From Raillietiella orientalis (lineage: Eukaryota), in assembly GCA_036172245.1 (NCBI GenBank), contig JAYWIR010000028.1, forward strand, positions 1,178,001-1,242,000: DNA of 64,000 bases. The letters are read 5' to 3'. Made by a program: the position numbers and the translations under genes. Under the pieces are notes generated by a model. That model was not told the origin of the DNA, did not search any database, and saw only the letters and a list, made by a program, of their open reading frames with translations. Of this stretch, positions 50,280 to 62,329 are shown piece after piece. The first letter of the stretch is position 1; every line of letters begins with the position of its first letter.

Positions 50280-51000
50280 CCGGGATGGGCGAATTTTGCG
50301 TGAATTTCCTTTTCGAAAATTAGTTCGACTGTATTTTCGAACGCGCCGAGCTTTTTTTCCTCTTTGCTCCTTTGGGATTGACACTTGGAAATCTCATATT
50401 TCTCCGAATCCAGAGCACACATCTCTCTCTCTCATGGAGCTCGTGCTCAGCTCAGAAAGGAGCGCAGTCGAGAGAGAGATTCTAATGGGTCCTTCGTCAG
50501 ATATTCCCGAATTTCCGGAAGTCCTTCCTTCGTCTATGGCAGGACCTCTATGGAGTCCCTGTGGGGACTCCTGGGATTCCTTCGCGGACGGCCACATTCG
50601 GCGGCGGATGGCACGATCGCATTCTGCCATTCAAATGGTATCCTATAAACGTCGGTGGACAGGGAGCAAACTTTCCCCTTTTTGAGGGAATTGTTCCGGC
50701 AAGGGAGCGGTGGCTCCGGCAGTGTTTTCAGCTACTCCACCCCGGCAGTAAGCTCTCATTTCTTCGGTCCCACATCGCTTCCCAATAGTTTGTAGGGGCA
50801 AATGTTAAATTCCTAAGGACACGCTGAAAGGAAGTTCAAACACTCAGAAGGGTTGAAGTTGGGAATCTGGACTCTTGATGAATCCCATTGCGAAGCCTTT
50901 AAAGTTTCCTAAAGGAAAAATCTGCTTCCTGGGGGTAATGTGACAGGGAAGAAGCTCCTGCGTCAGGGCTAAGCAGTTGTGTGATCATACTGAAGTGGGA
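50280..51000 (+). pseudogene. N: Phenuivirus-like N EVE
   Basis: ILREFPFRK (cf. VREFAYQG), DTWKSHI, LVLSSERS. Confidence 0.4.
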
Positions 51001-51129
51001 AAAACTTGCAGCAAAAGTTGCAAAGGAGAAAAAGACCCCCAAGATTCCCCCCTCCTTCAGAGTTTTCCTTGCTTGGTAGGAGGTCAAAAAAGAAGAAAAG
51101 AGGAGGAGGAGGTTTGGATTTTTTCCCTC

Positions 51130-51700
51130 TGATCAAAGGTCTTCTCATAGCTTTCGAGCCTTTGTTTTCTCCTTTTCTTCCGTCACCTGCGAGGTGCTTG
51201 CGATCTCATCCTATCCGCATGGTTTCTTTCCGAGTTGCAGAAGTCGTTGCCAGACGGCCGTTTTGTCCGAGAACCCTGAAATTTAATCGTCAGTCTTCAT
51301 TAAGCGTCCTCAAGGCCTACATGACAATTACCTCATTTCAGCTGCTTCGAATGCGGTCATCTCGATGATTTTCTGGTTCTGTTTTCTCGATTCTCCGCGA
51401 TTTCTTTCGGGTTCCCCCCTCCCCCCTCCCAGCTTTCCAGGATTGGGTTTCACGTTGACCTCTGCCCCGAGACAGCATCTGCATTGGTGACTTTTCTTGA
51501 GTCCGATCTGTCTTTTCCGTGCGATTCTTTGACTAAAATTCTCTTCGCTTTCCAGAGAACTCCTTATTCCCGCCGACATCCAGTTTTCCGATCTTCTTTT
51601 GCTTTCTGGAATGTGCTTCCCTTCCAACGTTATGTGCAAAAGGTCCTTGCAGGCGAAGAGCGGTGAAAGTGGGAAGCTTCTCGTCTGCGTCTGGCCAGCT
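51130..51700 (+). pseudogene. Phenuivirus-like N EVE
   Basis: IAFEP, EVVARR, FSRFSA, APRQHLHW*LF. Confidence 0.35.
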
Positions 51701-51729
51701 GGGATCTCTACACTGTGCACAGCTGACTG

Positions 51730-52440
51730 CTGGAGTCCTCTTTTTGAAAAGGGACGCCAACCTATTATCAGGAGGAGAGAGGATTTCCAAGAAAATGCTT
51801 TCGGGAACGCGTGTCAGTGTGCGAATTTTTTGCCAGTGAGCGATGGGTTCGGTATCGTTCACATGGCGTTAAGGTTTCGGGAGAGCGTTCTTCTCAGAGG
51901 TTCCAGACTGCCATCTCAGTTTCAAGTTTTGAGCTGTTTCTTCAGTCTCTGATGCGATCCGGGCACCACCCTTTGGTTCTCTCTGCCTTGAGGATCTCTT
52001 CTCGCTGTTTTTTCCGGCAAGACGTGTGCCCCACTGGCGATATTTTTCAATCTGCATGTGGAGTTTCTCCTGGGTTCATCCTGGGCTGTCTTACCCACGC
52101 CGTGCGAGAGTGGCACGCTTCTTGGGTTCCAGAGGAAACACTGCTGCTGCTTGGTTTTCACACAAAGGCGTGCGCGTACAGATTTCCGTTTGTGGTGCAG
52201 GGAAACCGCTGCCAGTCTCCCAAAGACGACGTGGCGACAGCACTTTGCGTTTCGCTTAATGAAAATCGCTCCACTCGTGGGCAGTCCATCAATGAGTATT
52301 ATGTGATTCCCGTGACTTTACATTGCTTGGTAATTGGAGATTCGTCCTTGCGACTGTTAGGTTCTGGCGCGTCGCAAGAGCCCAAGAAACTTCGATTCCT
52401 TCGTTTATCGAGGAATGACCGGCTGCCAGAACTGCAGGTT
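51730..52440 (+). pseudogene. N: Phenuivirus-like N EVE
   Basis: LFEKG, VLLRGSRL, VSPGFILGCL, YRFPFVV. Confidence 0.4.
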
Positions 52441-52529
52441 TAGTCTTTATGTGTTTTTTTTTTTTTTTTTGTGGGTGTGTGTGTGTGTGTGTGGGGAGGG
52501 GGTTCCCAAAGTGCTGAAGGTTCGGACAG

Positions 52530-53270
52530 ATCGAGCGTCTGATTTCGGGGTTCGCCCGTTTCGAGAGGAGGGGGGCGCACCAGCGGATTCAGAGGGTCGC
52601 CCGAAAGCATCCGAAGTGTGCTCCAGATGAGATCTCTGGAGAGCCCCTTTCGTTCGCAGCCTGTTCGGAAACGGCTGGGAATGGAAAGTAAACTTATTCG
52701 TTTTGCGAGGTGCGGCAAAGAAAGGGGGAAATTCACGCGGACAAGTGGGGGCAACAAAAACAAAAGAGTTAATTGCCTTCTTTTTTCCGTTTCCGATGGG
52801 ACTGTACGCATTTCGTTTTATCCGTTCCCGTTAACGATCTGCAACTGGTTATTAAACCCGGAATCGGTGTTTTTGCCTTTGGAAAATTAAATCTTCCTCC
52901 CCTCAGCGCCAGCAACGGATATGGTGCCGCATTGCTGGTGGGGGGATGCAGCAGCAGCCTTACTATTCGTATTACAAGCCCTCAACTCGTAAGGAAATCG
53001 AATAGTGCGTCTCTCGATTTTCTTGCGCGAACTGGAAGCATTGAAAGAAAAAAGAAAAAGTGCGGCAGTACGGAACGATCGTTTCAGGAAGAGAAAAATT
53101 CCGGGAGCCGACACATTCTAGTGCATCCCACTCATCCAGCTGGTAGTAGTCGTAGTAGTACACATGTTGGTATCCTGAATCGAGAGTTTCGGCGGGAATC
53201 GTTCTCGAGCATCGCGTGTGCAACTGTCCGGTTTCTTGCACTGCTGCGACCCAACTGCATTCGGTAGGCT
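52530..53270 (+). pseudogene. N: Phenuivirus-like N EVE
   Basis: DFGVRPF, LIRFARCGKERG, TVRISFYPFP, LPPLSASNGYGAAL. Confidence 0.45.
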
Positions 53271-53389
53271 CGTCCCCACTCGGTGCGCTCTGTGGATGGG
53301 CCAAGCATATGGCCCGCCTACGGCTCAAAGCGGAAATGCGCCGCCACCTTGCTGAGCCTTCCCGATGGGAGTCTCTGTGGACTTAACCA

Positions 53390-54090
53390 AGCTGAACTCT
53401 TGGCTTCTCTTACGCATGTGCGCCTGCTGTTGGCCCGGCATTTCTAAACATTCTGTTTACGGACGAATCGGTCCCTTCCTTAAGTGCCCATGAAGCTCGA
53501 ATTTCACCAAAAACAATGTTAATCCTTTCGCTTTTCCCCTTTTCGGAGGCACACGAATTTACGTTGTTCTGCTGTTGCCACATGGCCATCAACCGTAGTA
53601 AATGCTGCAGTGAAATGCAAATGGCGGAGGAGGAAGCTGTTGCATTTTCACAAGGTTCATCGGTTGTTTGAAATTTCGAAATAAAACTCGAGAAAGGTCA
53701 TCATTTTCGTTATTTATGCCTTCCAAGCGACCACTCTTACAAAAGCCCATCCAGATTCTCTGAAAGCACAAGGATCGATCTTCTTCATACAGGATGCTGC
53801 GCTTAAACGGCCTGCGAACACCGCCTTCAGATTGGTGTTCAAAGTCTTGCTCAGAATTCACCGCTTCTCCTTTGTCTTGTCGCTCACGCGTCTCAAAGAA
53901 AGAACGCGTTTTCCAATGCTGTTCTGATGTCTCTTGGACGAAAGCGCTCGTGGTTTTGATCCGAAACTTTTTTGCTGCTCATTTGAGCACAGTGCAGTTC
54001 GGTTCACTCGCACGATGGCATATAGAAAGCGTCGTGTGACCACATTTTGACCTCCCAAGATCGGCCCAGCACCACCATTGCTTGCGCAGC
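53390..54090 (+). pseudogene. N: Phenuivirus-like N EVE
   Basis: GFSYAC, HMAINRSK, FFAAHLSTVQFGSL (cf. ILDAHSLYLLQFSRV). Confidence 0.45.
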
Positions 54091-54169
54091 GATCACTGCA
54101 TCGCTTTTGATTTTTTTTTTTTTTTTTCCCCGTGTCTTCCTCCCTCTCTTTTCGACTTGGGCAGCACCC

Positions 54170-54800
54170 GCTGTATTCCTCGTTTCCGCGGATTTGCCCT
54201 TCGCTGCCCACCGTCTTCTGAGTCGCGTCTGTGCTGGCATTCCACATCACTGTATGCTGTCGAGCTCAACTGATGCATCCGTTCCCTGCGTTTCATGATC
54301 TTCCCGCATTCGCTCCTTTGGCACGCCGATACGTTCGTTTCAGGGCGGCGGGATGATCTGGAATCGATCATAGGTTGGTGAGCGAGCCGTCTCGTTCCTC
54401 CTGTCAGGTGATTCTCCCTTTTGGCACAAGGTGACCGGTGCCCATGCTGCTCGTCTGCATCTCCATTCTCTTCGTCTTCGCCTCTCAGTTTTCCCAAGCC
54501 CTATGCCCCCGTCCCCATTTTCCCTTCTGCCAGCTCTTCGATCGTTTCGGTTACTTTCAATCACTCGATTTTCTTGAAGGCACCGCAGACGGGCACTTTT
54601 CGTACCGACCGAAACACCGTCATCAGCGAGGTCGGTCCCCTGCTCGGGCCCCTCCAGCACCTGGTGGTACTCGGATCCCACCAGTCTTCCTCCCGCTCGC
54701 CGATCGCGAGTCGAGCCGAAGTCCGGGACGAGGAATACCCATTCGGCAGTGGTGACTGGAATCGGAGTTTACGGGATCCTGATACGCTCTTGCTTATCCT
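54170..54800 (+). pseudogene. Phenuivirus-like N EVE
   Basis: RFRGFA and IPPVFLPLAD. Confidence 0.35.
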
Positions 54801-54859
54801 TCTGGATTGCATTTTTTTTTTTTTTTTTTCTTGAAAAGTGAAAACATCGAGCAAAGCGC

Positions 54860-55480
54860 TCTCTGGAAATGCCGTTTTGAAATTCGATCCGCTTTTGGTC
54901 ATTGATACCATCGGCTACACGCCGAAGAGTAAGATTCCTGTGCAAACTTGGGCCGAAAGGAGGCAAACAAAGAAAACAAAAAGAGCTCCTGCATGTGATT
55001 GTGGTTCATTCATTACGCCCGGCAGGCAATTAAATAAAGGACGTCCAATTTTGGTCGCAGTGCAACACGCCATTCAGTGCTGGGAGTGTTCTCAAATATC
55101 TTTGTTACGCATCGCGGTGCGAGAAGAATTGCCGCAGATTGTAAGAGTTCATTATGCCGAAAGTCGGAGACGCTCGCTGCCGAGATGCTGAGGTGAAAAG
55201 TAAATTTAAAAAAAAGTCTTTGTCAGATGTTTGACAATGGGAACGGAAATTCTGTTGGTGTGAAAGTTGGACCAATGTAATGAAACGCAAGGAACTGCTC
55301 CATCACGCTTAACCCCTTAAGCAGTGCACCCTGCGAATGTAATCTTTCCTCCGGGATGCCTGCTGGATGTCGAAGATTGCACGTCTCAAGACGTACGCGG
55401 TTCGTCCGGACTGCCCTGTGCCACATCGGGAGCCGTGTTCACATGGGTTTCCGGTGATCTTCTGTTGCTTCTAAGCTCAC
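54860..55480 (+). pseudogene. N: Phenuivirus-like N EVE
   Basis: KFDPLLVI (cf. GFDARRVI), LLRIAVRE, ITLNPLSSAP. Confidence 0.45.
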
Positions 55481-55549
55481 GGTGTCGGCAGACGAAGTGC
55501 TGAGGTGTTTGCTCCCCGGTCTCCCGGTGTGCGTCCGTGGGAACCAAAG

Positions 55550-56190
55550 GCACAACAAACGAGTCTCGGTTTGAGCATCCTTCAAACGGGAGCTTCCACG
55601 TTGCGAGGTTTCCCCGTTCCTGCGAGTGCTGCCTGCCGGTGATGAGCTGCGCGGGGCACCCACCACATCCGACTCCACCATTCCGAGTCGTTGCCTTTCT
55701 TGTCGCCAGAGAAACTTGGATTGCGAGCGCCTTCTTGCAAGTTTCGAGTTTCCGGATGGGTCGCAAGCGATGCCGGCACGGAGGGAGAGGAGGAGAAGAG
55801 GAGGCTTGGTGTTCCTACTGTGCGTCCTCGGGCGCTCTCTGACTGCTGCTGGCCGATCGGCGGCACGTGCTCCCATCAAGGATTTCTGACGTTTCTTGAA
55901 CAGCCATTGGGCATCTTCGGAATCGAAAGCAAGCTGGAGCCACGAGCCTCGAACTGCTCGCTGCTCACTTCGCCGTTCGTTATCTTCCATTCAAGAGCAG
56001 CTTGGACTTGCTTGCTCTTCGAGCCAGATGTTCCAGGAGCTTCGGGAGTTCGGCTTTCTGTCTGGGGTGGCTCTCAGGGATGGTGCACGGGCGGCGCAGA
56101 CCTTCCCGGAATGAAGCTGCCAGCCACGGAAACGCGGCGTGCGCGAAAGAAAGCAATCGGACAAACACCGTGAGAATCGACGCAGAGCGC
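55550..56190 (+). pseudogene. N: Phenuivirus-like N EVE
   Basis: RFEH..GSF, VAFLVARET (cf. ICWFVAKRG in the 40.9 kb copy), SLTAAGRSAARAP. Confidence 0.45.
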
Positions 56191-56249
56191 CTCAGCTAGA
56201 ATGACGCTTGGGGGGGGAAGCTGGAGCTGCTAAGCGCCCTCCTCAGAGG

Positions 56250-59200
56250 AAGAAGAAGACCCGGCGTTCTCTCTTCAGCTGGCCGAACAGAAGCCAGCAG
56301 GATGATGCCCTCCTTGGAACGAGACTTACCGATTCCCAGTCCACTGACCGGTCGGTCGACCGGTCTCCAGAGGAAGTATGTAACTCCTCTTTCCGACTTT
56401 CCGGTCATTCTTCGAATCCCATCGTTTGGAATCTCCGTCGCTCCCAGGTCGATGCTGATGCCCGCACCAGGCAACAAGAGCGTTGCCATCGTGCGTGGAA
56501 GCGCCCGTGTTTGAAAAAATTCCCGGGCCGGACAAAAGGCACGTTGAACCTCATCTTCGCGCGTTCCATCTGATCTCGAGGAGCGTTCCCTTGCGATCCA
56601 CGGGACTGAGATGGAGATCGACGTATAAATTCGCCAACTGGGAATGTGAAACGAAGCGCAAGAGGGCTACGGTTTTTTTTTCCTCCCTCCTCCCGTGCTG
56701 CTAGGCAAAACACGAATGAATCAGCTGATCGGCTGCTGATTGTGTACAGCAGCGATTCGTGTCGTTAAGTGTACTTTTTTCGCTGTCAGGCGCGAACGGC
56801 ATCACACAGGTAGTATTTCTTTCGCGGATTGGGAGAAGGGGCTTTCTGTTTACTTATTTGTTTATTTTTTTTATTTTATTTTATTTTTTTTTTTTTACCG
56901 TTCGATGCATCACGCTAATAGCATCGCGTTGTCTTCGCGGCACGTTTCCACGCAGCGATCGGTCATTTTCGGCTCGCGACCACAGTTGCGCAACGTTGTC
57001 ACCTCTTTAGCACTATGAAGGAAGATGATTAAGCAGAGATTTTCACGGCCCGTATGTAGGTCAGCATCTCAAACGTACCTAGTTGCAGAAGTACGTGTGT
57101 CACCCCCCTCCTCTCCCCTATTTTCCTTCTTCCCCTTCCTCTCCTGTGTTCACGTTGTTGTGCTCTCCGTGCGTTGCGTTCCGCGGGAACCCATGGCTGC
57201 TCGAATAAAAAAAGAAAAAAAAAAAAAGAAAAAAGGAAAAAAAAAAAAAAAAAAGAAAAAAGAGTCTCATTCAGCGGAGCGGTACACGAAAACAACATGA
57301 TCCTTGATCGCCGCCGGCCTTAATTCCGTGTCTCGGACTGGTGGCTGCTCATTCGAGCACGTCGCTCCGACTTTAACTTTCTTTAAAACAGGGATTCTAA
57401 CACAAAGTCCTTTTCTTTATCCTGTGTTTGCTTTGTTGGTCGAAATGTTAAGCTCCATGCTTCTACGCAGCTACCCCCGACAAAAGTCAAGATAGGCAGC
57501 CAGTTGGGAGGAAGATTCGATCCGGCGATCACGGTGCAGGGAAAATCGATGTTTCGAGCACGAACATGACACCAGTCCATGGAAACGGATGTATTCGAAT
57601 CGTTAAGCGGGTCCCGGTCAGTGCAGTGGAATGTCGGATGGAAGCGATGTGTGATTTCTGGTGTGGGGAAGGCGACGAGGCGTCGTTCTGATGATATGTG
57701 GAGAGGCTGCGGAAACTCAAGTGGCTCGGAAGTAACCCTCTCGTGTCTCTAAGGCCGAATGCTTTCGATCCGCACTCCCGTTTTTCCTGTATTCTAAGAA
57801 ATTCCACGAGTGAAGCGCCAGGTCTATTTTGCAACTCGGACCGGGTTCGGACCGCCTCCTCGCCATGTGCGACTGTATGGCTCCTTATCCCTGTCATAAT
57901 TTAGCATGTGTTAGCCCCGTAACGTGCCACGTGGTCCTCTTGTAATTATGGAAGCACTCCGATCGACAAGTACGTCAGGGGTAAGTTGGAGATTTTTGCT
58001 AGATCCTCATGTTTCAGAGCACGCAATCCGTGTTCCCCTCCCCCACTCCCCTCCTCCTCATCTCGCCCCGATGTGGTCACCGAAATCTCGCATGACCCGT
58101 TTCCTCCATGCCACATAAATCACATGGTTCGTGGTTCGGAGCAGGGTGCGTGCCGCTGCTGCATCGCGGCGCGAGCTGAAAGATAAAATGTTTCCTTCCG
58201 ATCGCCATGGCGATCGTAACCAGGCTGCTGTGTTTTCGCCTTACTGCGACGTGTGTGTTTACATGAGCGAGGAGCGCGTCGGCGAGAGAACGTGGCGGTG
58301 GTGGTGGTGGTGGTGGTGGCTGGGAACGCGCTTTATCGGGAGATCTCGCGCCGCCGCCTCGACCACCACCACCACCACTGCCGCCGCCACCGGAAGTCGG
58401 GATTCTTTCCTTGATGCTCTTCCTGTTTCGCTTCCGAGGGACGCATTTCTCGCCCGTTTCCCGACGCAGCGCGAAAGCGCTCGCAGCCGGTCGGGAGGGG
58501 GTCGACGTTTCCATTCTTCTCGCCTTGCAGCAGAGGCCGCCCCTCAACTGCTCTTTGCCTGTGAGGTTCCGGTCAGGGTCGAAAAGAAAGCCTCTGTTCG
58601 TTTTGCCTTTGCACTTCGGATGCTTCTCTGACGTGGAACGCGGCATGCCCGGAAACTGCTTGGGCGTTCGTGGCTCAGGGTCCGAAAAGGAAGAACCGAA
58701 ATTCCTGGCTGCTGCGAGGAATGGAAAGACGGCAGCCCTTTCCCTCTTACGTGCCATCCCACTGCGACTTGAGGAGGCACCGGCCGTCGGGATTGAACGT
58801 TCTTTTTTCTTTTTTTGAAGGATCGCTTCGTATTTTCCCATATACCACACACACACGCAGACTGAGCACCACCAGAAAGTCTATTTCGAGATCTGGTTTT
58901 TGTTGCTTTTCTTTGTGACCAATGTGTCGCGTTTCGAATTTTTACGGTTCGGCTGAGGCACCGTCGTGGCAATCGGGGAGAAGAGGGGGGGAGGGAACAG
59001 AAAGAAAGAGTGGGAACTTCGAGATCGCAGACGGGTTGCATTTTGGGGAATGTTTCGATTATTGGGATCGTGCTGGTCCATGCAGTTTGTTCTCTCTTTT
59101 TCAGCTTGCGCAGTCTCCGCATTGGGGCGCTCGCATTCCCGATCTGCATAAGCTGAAAGCTCGCATATGCGAGCACATCCGCCTGCCTAAGCTCCCATCT

Positions 59201-62200
59201 TTCCAGTGGGGTGACCTGTGGTCCTCCACTTGCCACGCCCCTCCTGCCTGTTGCACGTAAGTGTCTTCACTGTGATGCGTGTTTTTTGTATCGATGACTC
59301 TGCTGCTGCTGCCAAAAAAAAAAAAAAAAGAAAAGCCTCTTGTGCGGAGTTGCTCCCGGGAAAAAACACAAAATTCTTCCGAAATTTCGGGATTGCCTGC
59401 ACGCCTGCCAAACACAAACACACCACCCTGCCGGCGATAGCTGGAACACCCCTAAGAGTCCAGGATGTTCTCGAAATCAGCCGTTTTCGACGTGACCCCG
59501 TCCCTTTTACCCCAGAGATCGCAAACAAAGATGAAAGATGAAAATGAAAACAACGAAAAGGAAAAAGAAGAAGAAAAAAAAAAAAGGGTCAACACTTCCG
59601 CTTCTGTTTTCTTTTCTTCTCCATCCTTTCAGATGACGTGATTTAGCACAACACCGCACATTCAAATCTTCCGCTTGCAGCTTGTCACAACGCTCTTCGG
59701 GGTCCGTTGGTTGCGGGAAAAGCAAATATTCCGAGAAGATGCCCGAGGATGCAGCTCGGAGGTAACCATCGTGTTTCCGAGATCCACGATTCCGTGTTCT
59801 ATTCAAGATTGTACTTCTCTGTATGGTACCTTATGGTGCAGTTCCTACCGTCCTGAAAGTGCCTTTGCTGCTCAGTCCGTTCTGCACCTGTTCCTAGCCT
59901 CTCTCTGCGCTTGAGGAAAATCAAAAGGTCCTTTATATGTAATGAAGGTGTTTCGTGGAAGAGCTGCCTTCTTGCCTTACCATATGTTTTTTGGGGGGAA
60001 GAGGGAGTACAGAGCGTTGTTCCCCCTCCCCCCCACCTTGTTTGAGATTGTCTCGGCTCGAGGCAGGTGCATGCCTCCTGCCTTCGAGGGGATCCACGAT
60101 ACTGATGTCTCAATACAAGGAAATGATCCTCCTATGTCCTTATGCTTCTGTTTGATTCTTCGGTCACTGCCACGTTATCGCTGGCGTGAGTCCCGAATCC
60201 GTGAAAAGCTTTTGGATGGCGAATCGAGCCTCTCCGAGACTCCTGTGGGAAACCACCACTTCTGCTTTTTGGGCGTTTCCCTGATGGCCTTCGACGACGG
60301 GGTGTTTTGAAAAAAAGCGCACAACACTGGTCACTATCAACTGGGAATCTGGTCAGCGCCGGGGCTGTGTTCGTTTGATGAAAACAGGATGCGTTGCTGT
60401 CGGGACAGGTACAGGGGGCAAGAGCAGAGAGAGACTTCAGCCAGTTGGGAGGCTGCGTGGAACTGCGGTCTAATTGCTCGTCGAGGGTTCAGAATAAATG
60501 GATTTCCTGTGGAGACGCATGGTGCTGTCTGCAGGCGAACATCCCATCTCCGCCGCATCCGGAGATGGAGATGAAAATTTCAGTAGAAAAGACGATGAAA
60601 TGCAAATGTGGCAATGTGGCGTAAACCTGTCCCTAAACGGAGTAAGGTCGCCTGATTAAAATGCAGTGAACTGAGCAGGAGTGGTTGGAAAGGTCACGGG
60701 AAGGGGGTCAGCTGGACGAACTGCCAGCACGTCCCGACAGCCCGAAAGACGGGGAAACCGAGCTTCCGAGTTCAAGAGCGGCATTTTCCAGCCAGCGCCC
60801 CCGTCGAATCAATGCCTCCCTATGTCTTTTCTTTTTGCCTCGTGCCAACAACGCGCGTGGTCCTTGAATTCCTGAGGTCTCCGTAGATAGCTCGCCCCCA
60901 CCCACTCCTCTCGACCCTCCGAAATTCCGGTCATTCCTCACGGGATTCGCGCGACAGCGGCATTGCTCACGGTGCGTTTTCTTGCGAGTACTCGAAAGTT
61001 CTCTTTCCCTGGGAAACCGCCGTGCTGCAGGGCATCGGTGGTGGTGACACTCGGATCTTCTGCCCGTTGCGCCGTCCTCCTCTGTGGGCTAGCGAGCTGC
61101 GGTTTTCGGCTCCCTGCTTTCCCTTTCTGGACAAGGTCCGTCGTCGTCGCATGTGGCCCATGAAGCTCACGAAGGAACGAGCCCGATCCGATGCGGTCTC
61201 CGGATGTTCTCTTTGTCAGGGCAGGGGGAATACCTGAACCAAGAATTCTGTTTCATCTGCTTCTTCCACCCGGTTCCAGGATCTTCCCGACAGGCACGGA
61301 ACGTGACGTTTTCAGAAACGGGAACGCTTGCGTCTTTCGTGTTCGCCTTCTCTTTTTGCCCTCGTGGAGGTCGGCGTGCCCTCTCAGCTTTGTGAGCTGC
61401 GCCCACTCTAGGCCCACCCTATCTTGCCGTTCCTGGTGCGCGATTATCCGGAGGCAGAGTGCGACAGATCGGTCGCCTTTCGGATGCTGCCGGTGTGCGT
61501 CGAGAGCTTCGGTTCTCGCCGTTCCGTGTCTTCCTGTGTTTGCCTGCTGCTTGTTTTTGTCTCTTACGCGGGGAAACAGCAACAACGCGGGCATTTTCCT
61601 GATCGGTTCGCTTCGGGTGTTTCCCTGCAGCGATTATCCTACAGGAAAGCCATTTCGACTCGGACGATAGGAGCAAATCTTTAAAGCCGCCGAAGACATG
61701 CGATCTTTCGGTGGAAGGCAGGGAGGGCACCACGGACGTTGTTTTTGTTGTTTTGTTTGCACCGGGATCTCCCTTCGCCGTTCCTTGCGATGAGCCGGGC
61801 TGGCGATCCGGAATCACAAACGGGAGCAACACGCTTGCGGCGTGTTGTTGCGAGGTCCGTCCGTTCCTGATCTCGCGCATTTCGGCAGATTTTTCCGCGT
61901 CTCCTGTGGACCACAAGCGCAAGCATCCAGAGCTAACGACGTGGGTTATGTAAAACCCGCTTTTGTTTTATTCGTTTTTGTGGTTTTTCTCGTTTTCGAC
62001 ACGAAGGATTCGAATCCGAAGAAGAAGAGAGAGCGAGAGAGGGAGGGGGAAAAAAAAAAAACTCATTACTTAATGTCCTACTTTTTACATCTTCCGAACC
62101 TGTTTCTTCCGGAGCAATTTTACGATAGCTTAAGGCATCGACGCGAACGGACTCCTCATCGGCCGAAATATAGAGTAGCAGAACGCATTCTTTAGATTCT

Positions 62201-62250
62201 AGTCTGTCCGACGAATAATGCGATTTAATCGAGAGGTCTCGGTGCTGCCA
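56250..62250 (+). pseudogene. Probable continuation of the array: several further strongly decayed N-like units, not individually resolved
   Basis: Isolated motif-like hits at roughly unit spacing: SFEHVAP (~57350), HMVRGSE (~58125), CFDYWD (~59055), LVTTLFGVRW and EVTIVFP (~59680-59780). Confidence 0.3.
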
Positions 62251-62329
62251 TCTGAAAATGCATAAATTAAGAGTAAGTTGGAATGGCATGCCACGGCAAT
62301 CATTCCCTCCCCCCCCCTCCCTGAAGGAA

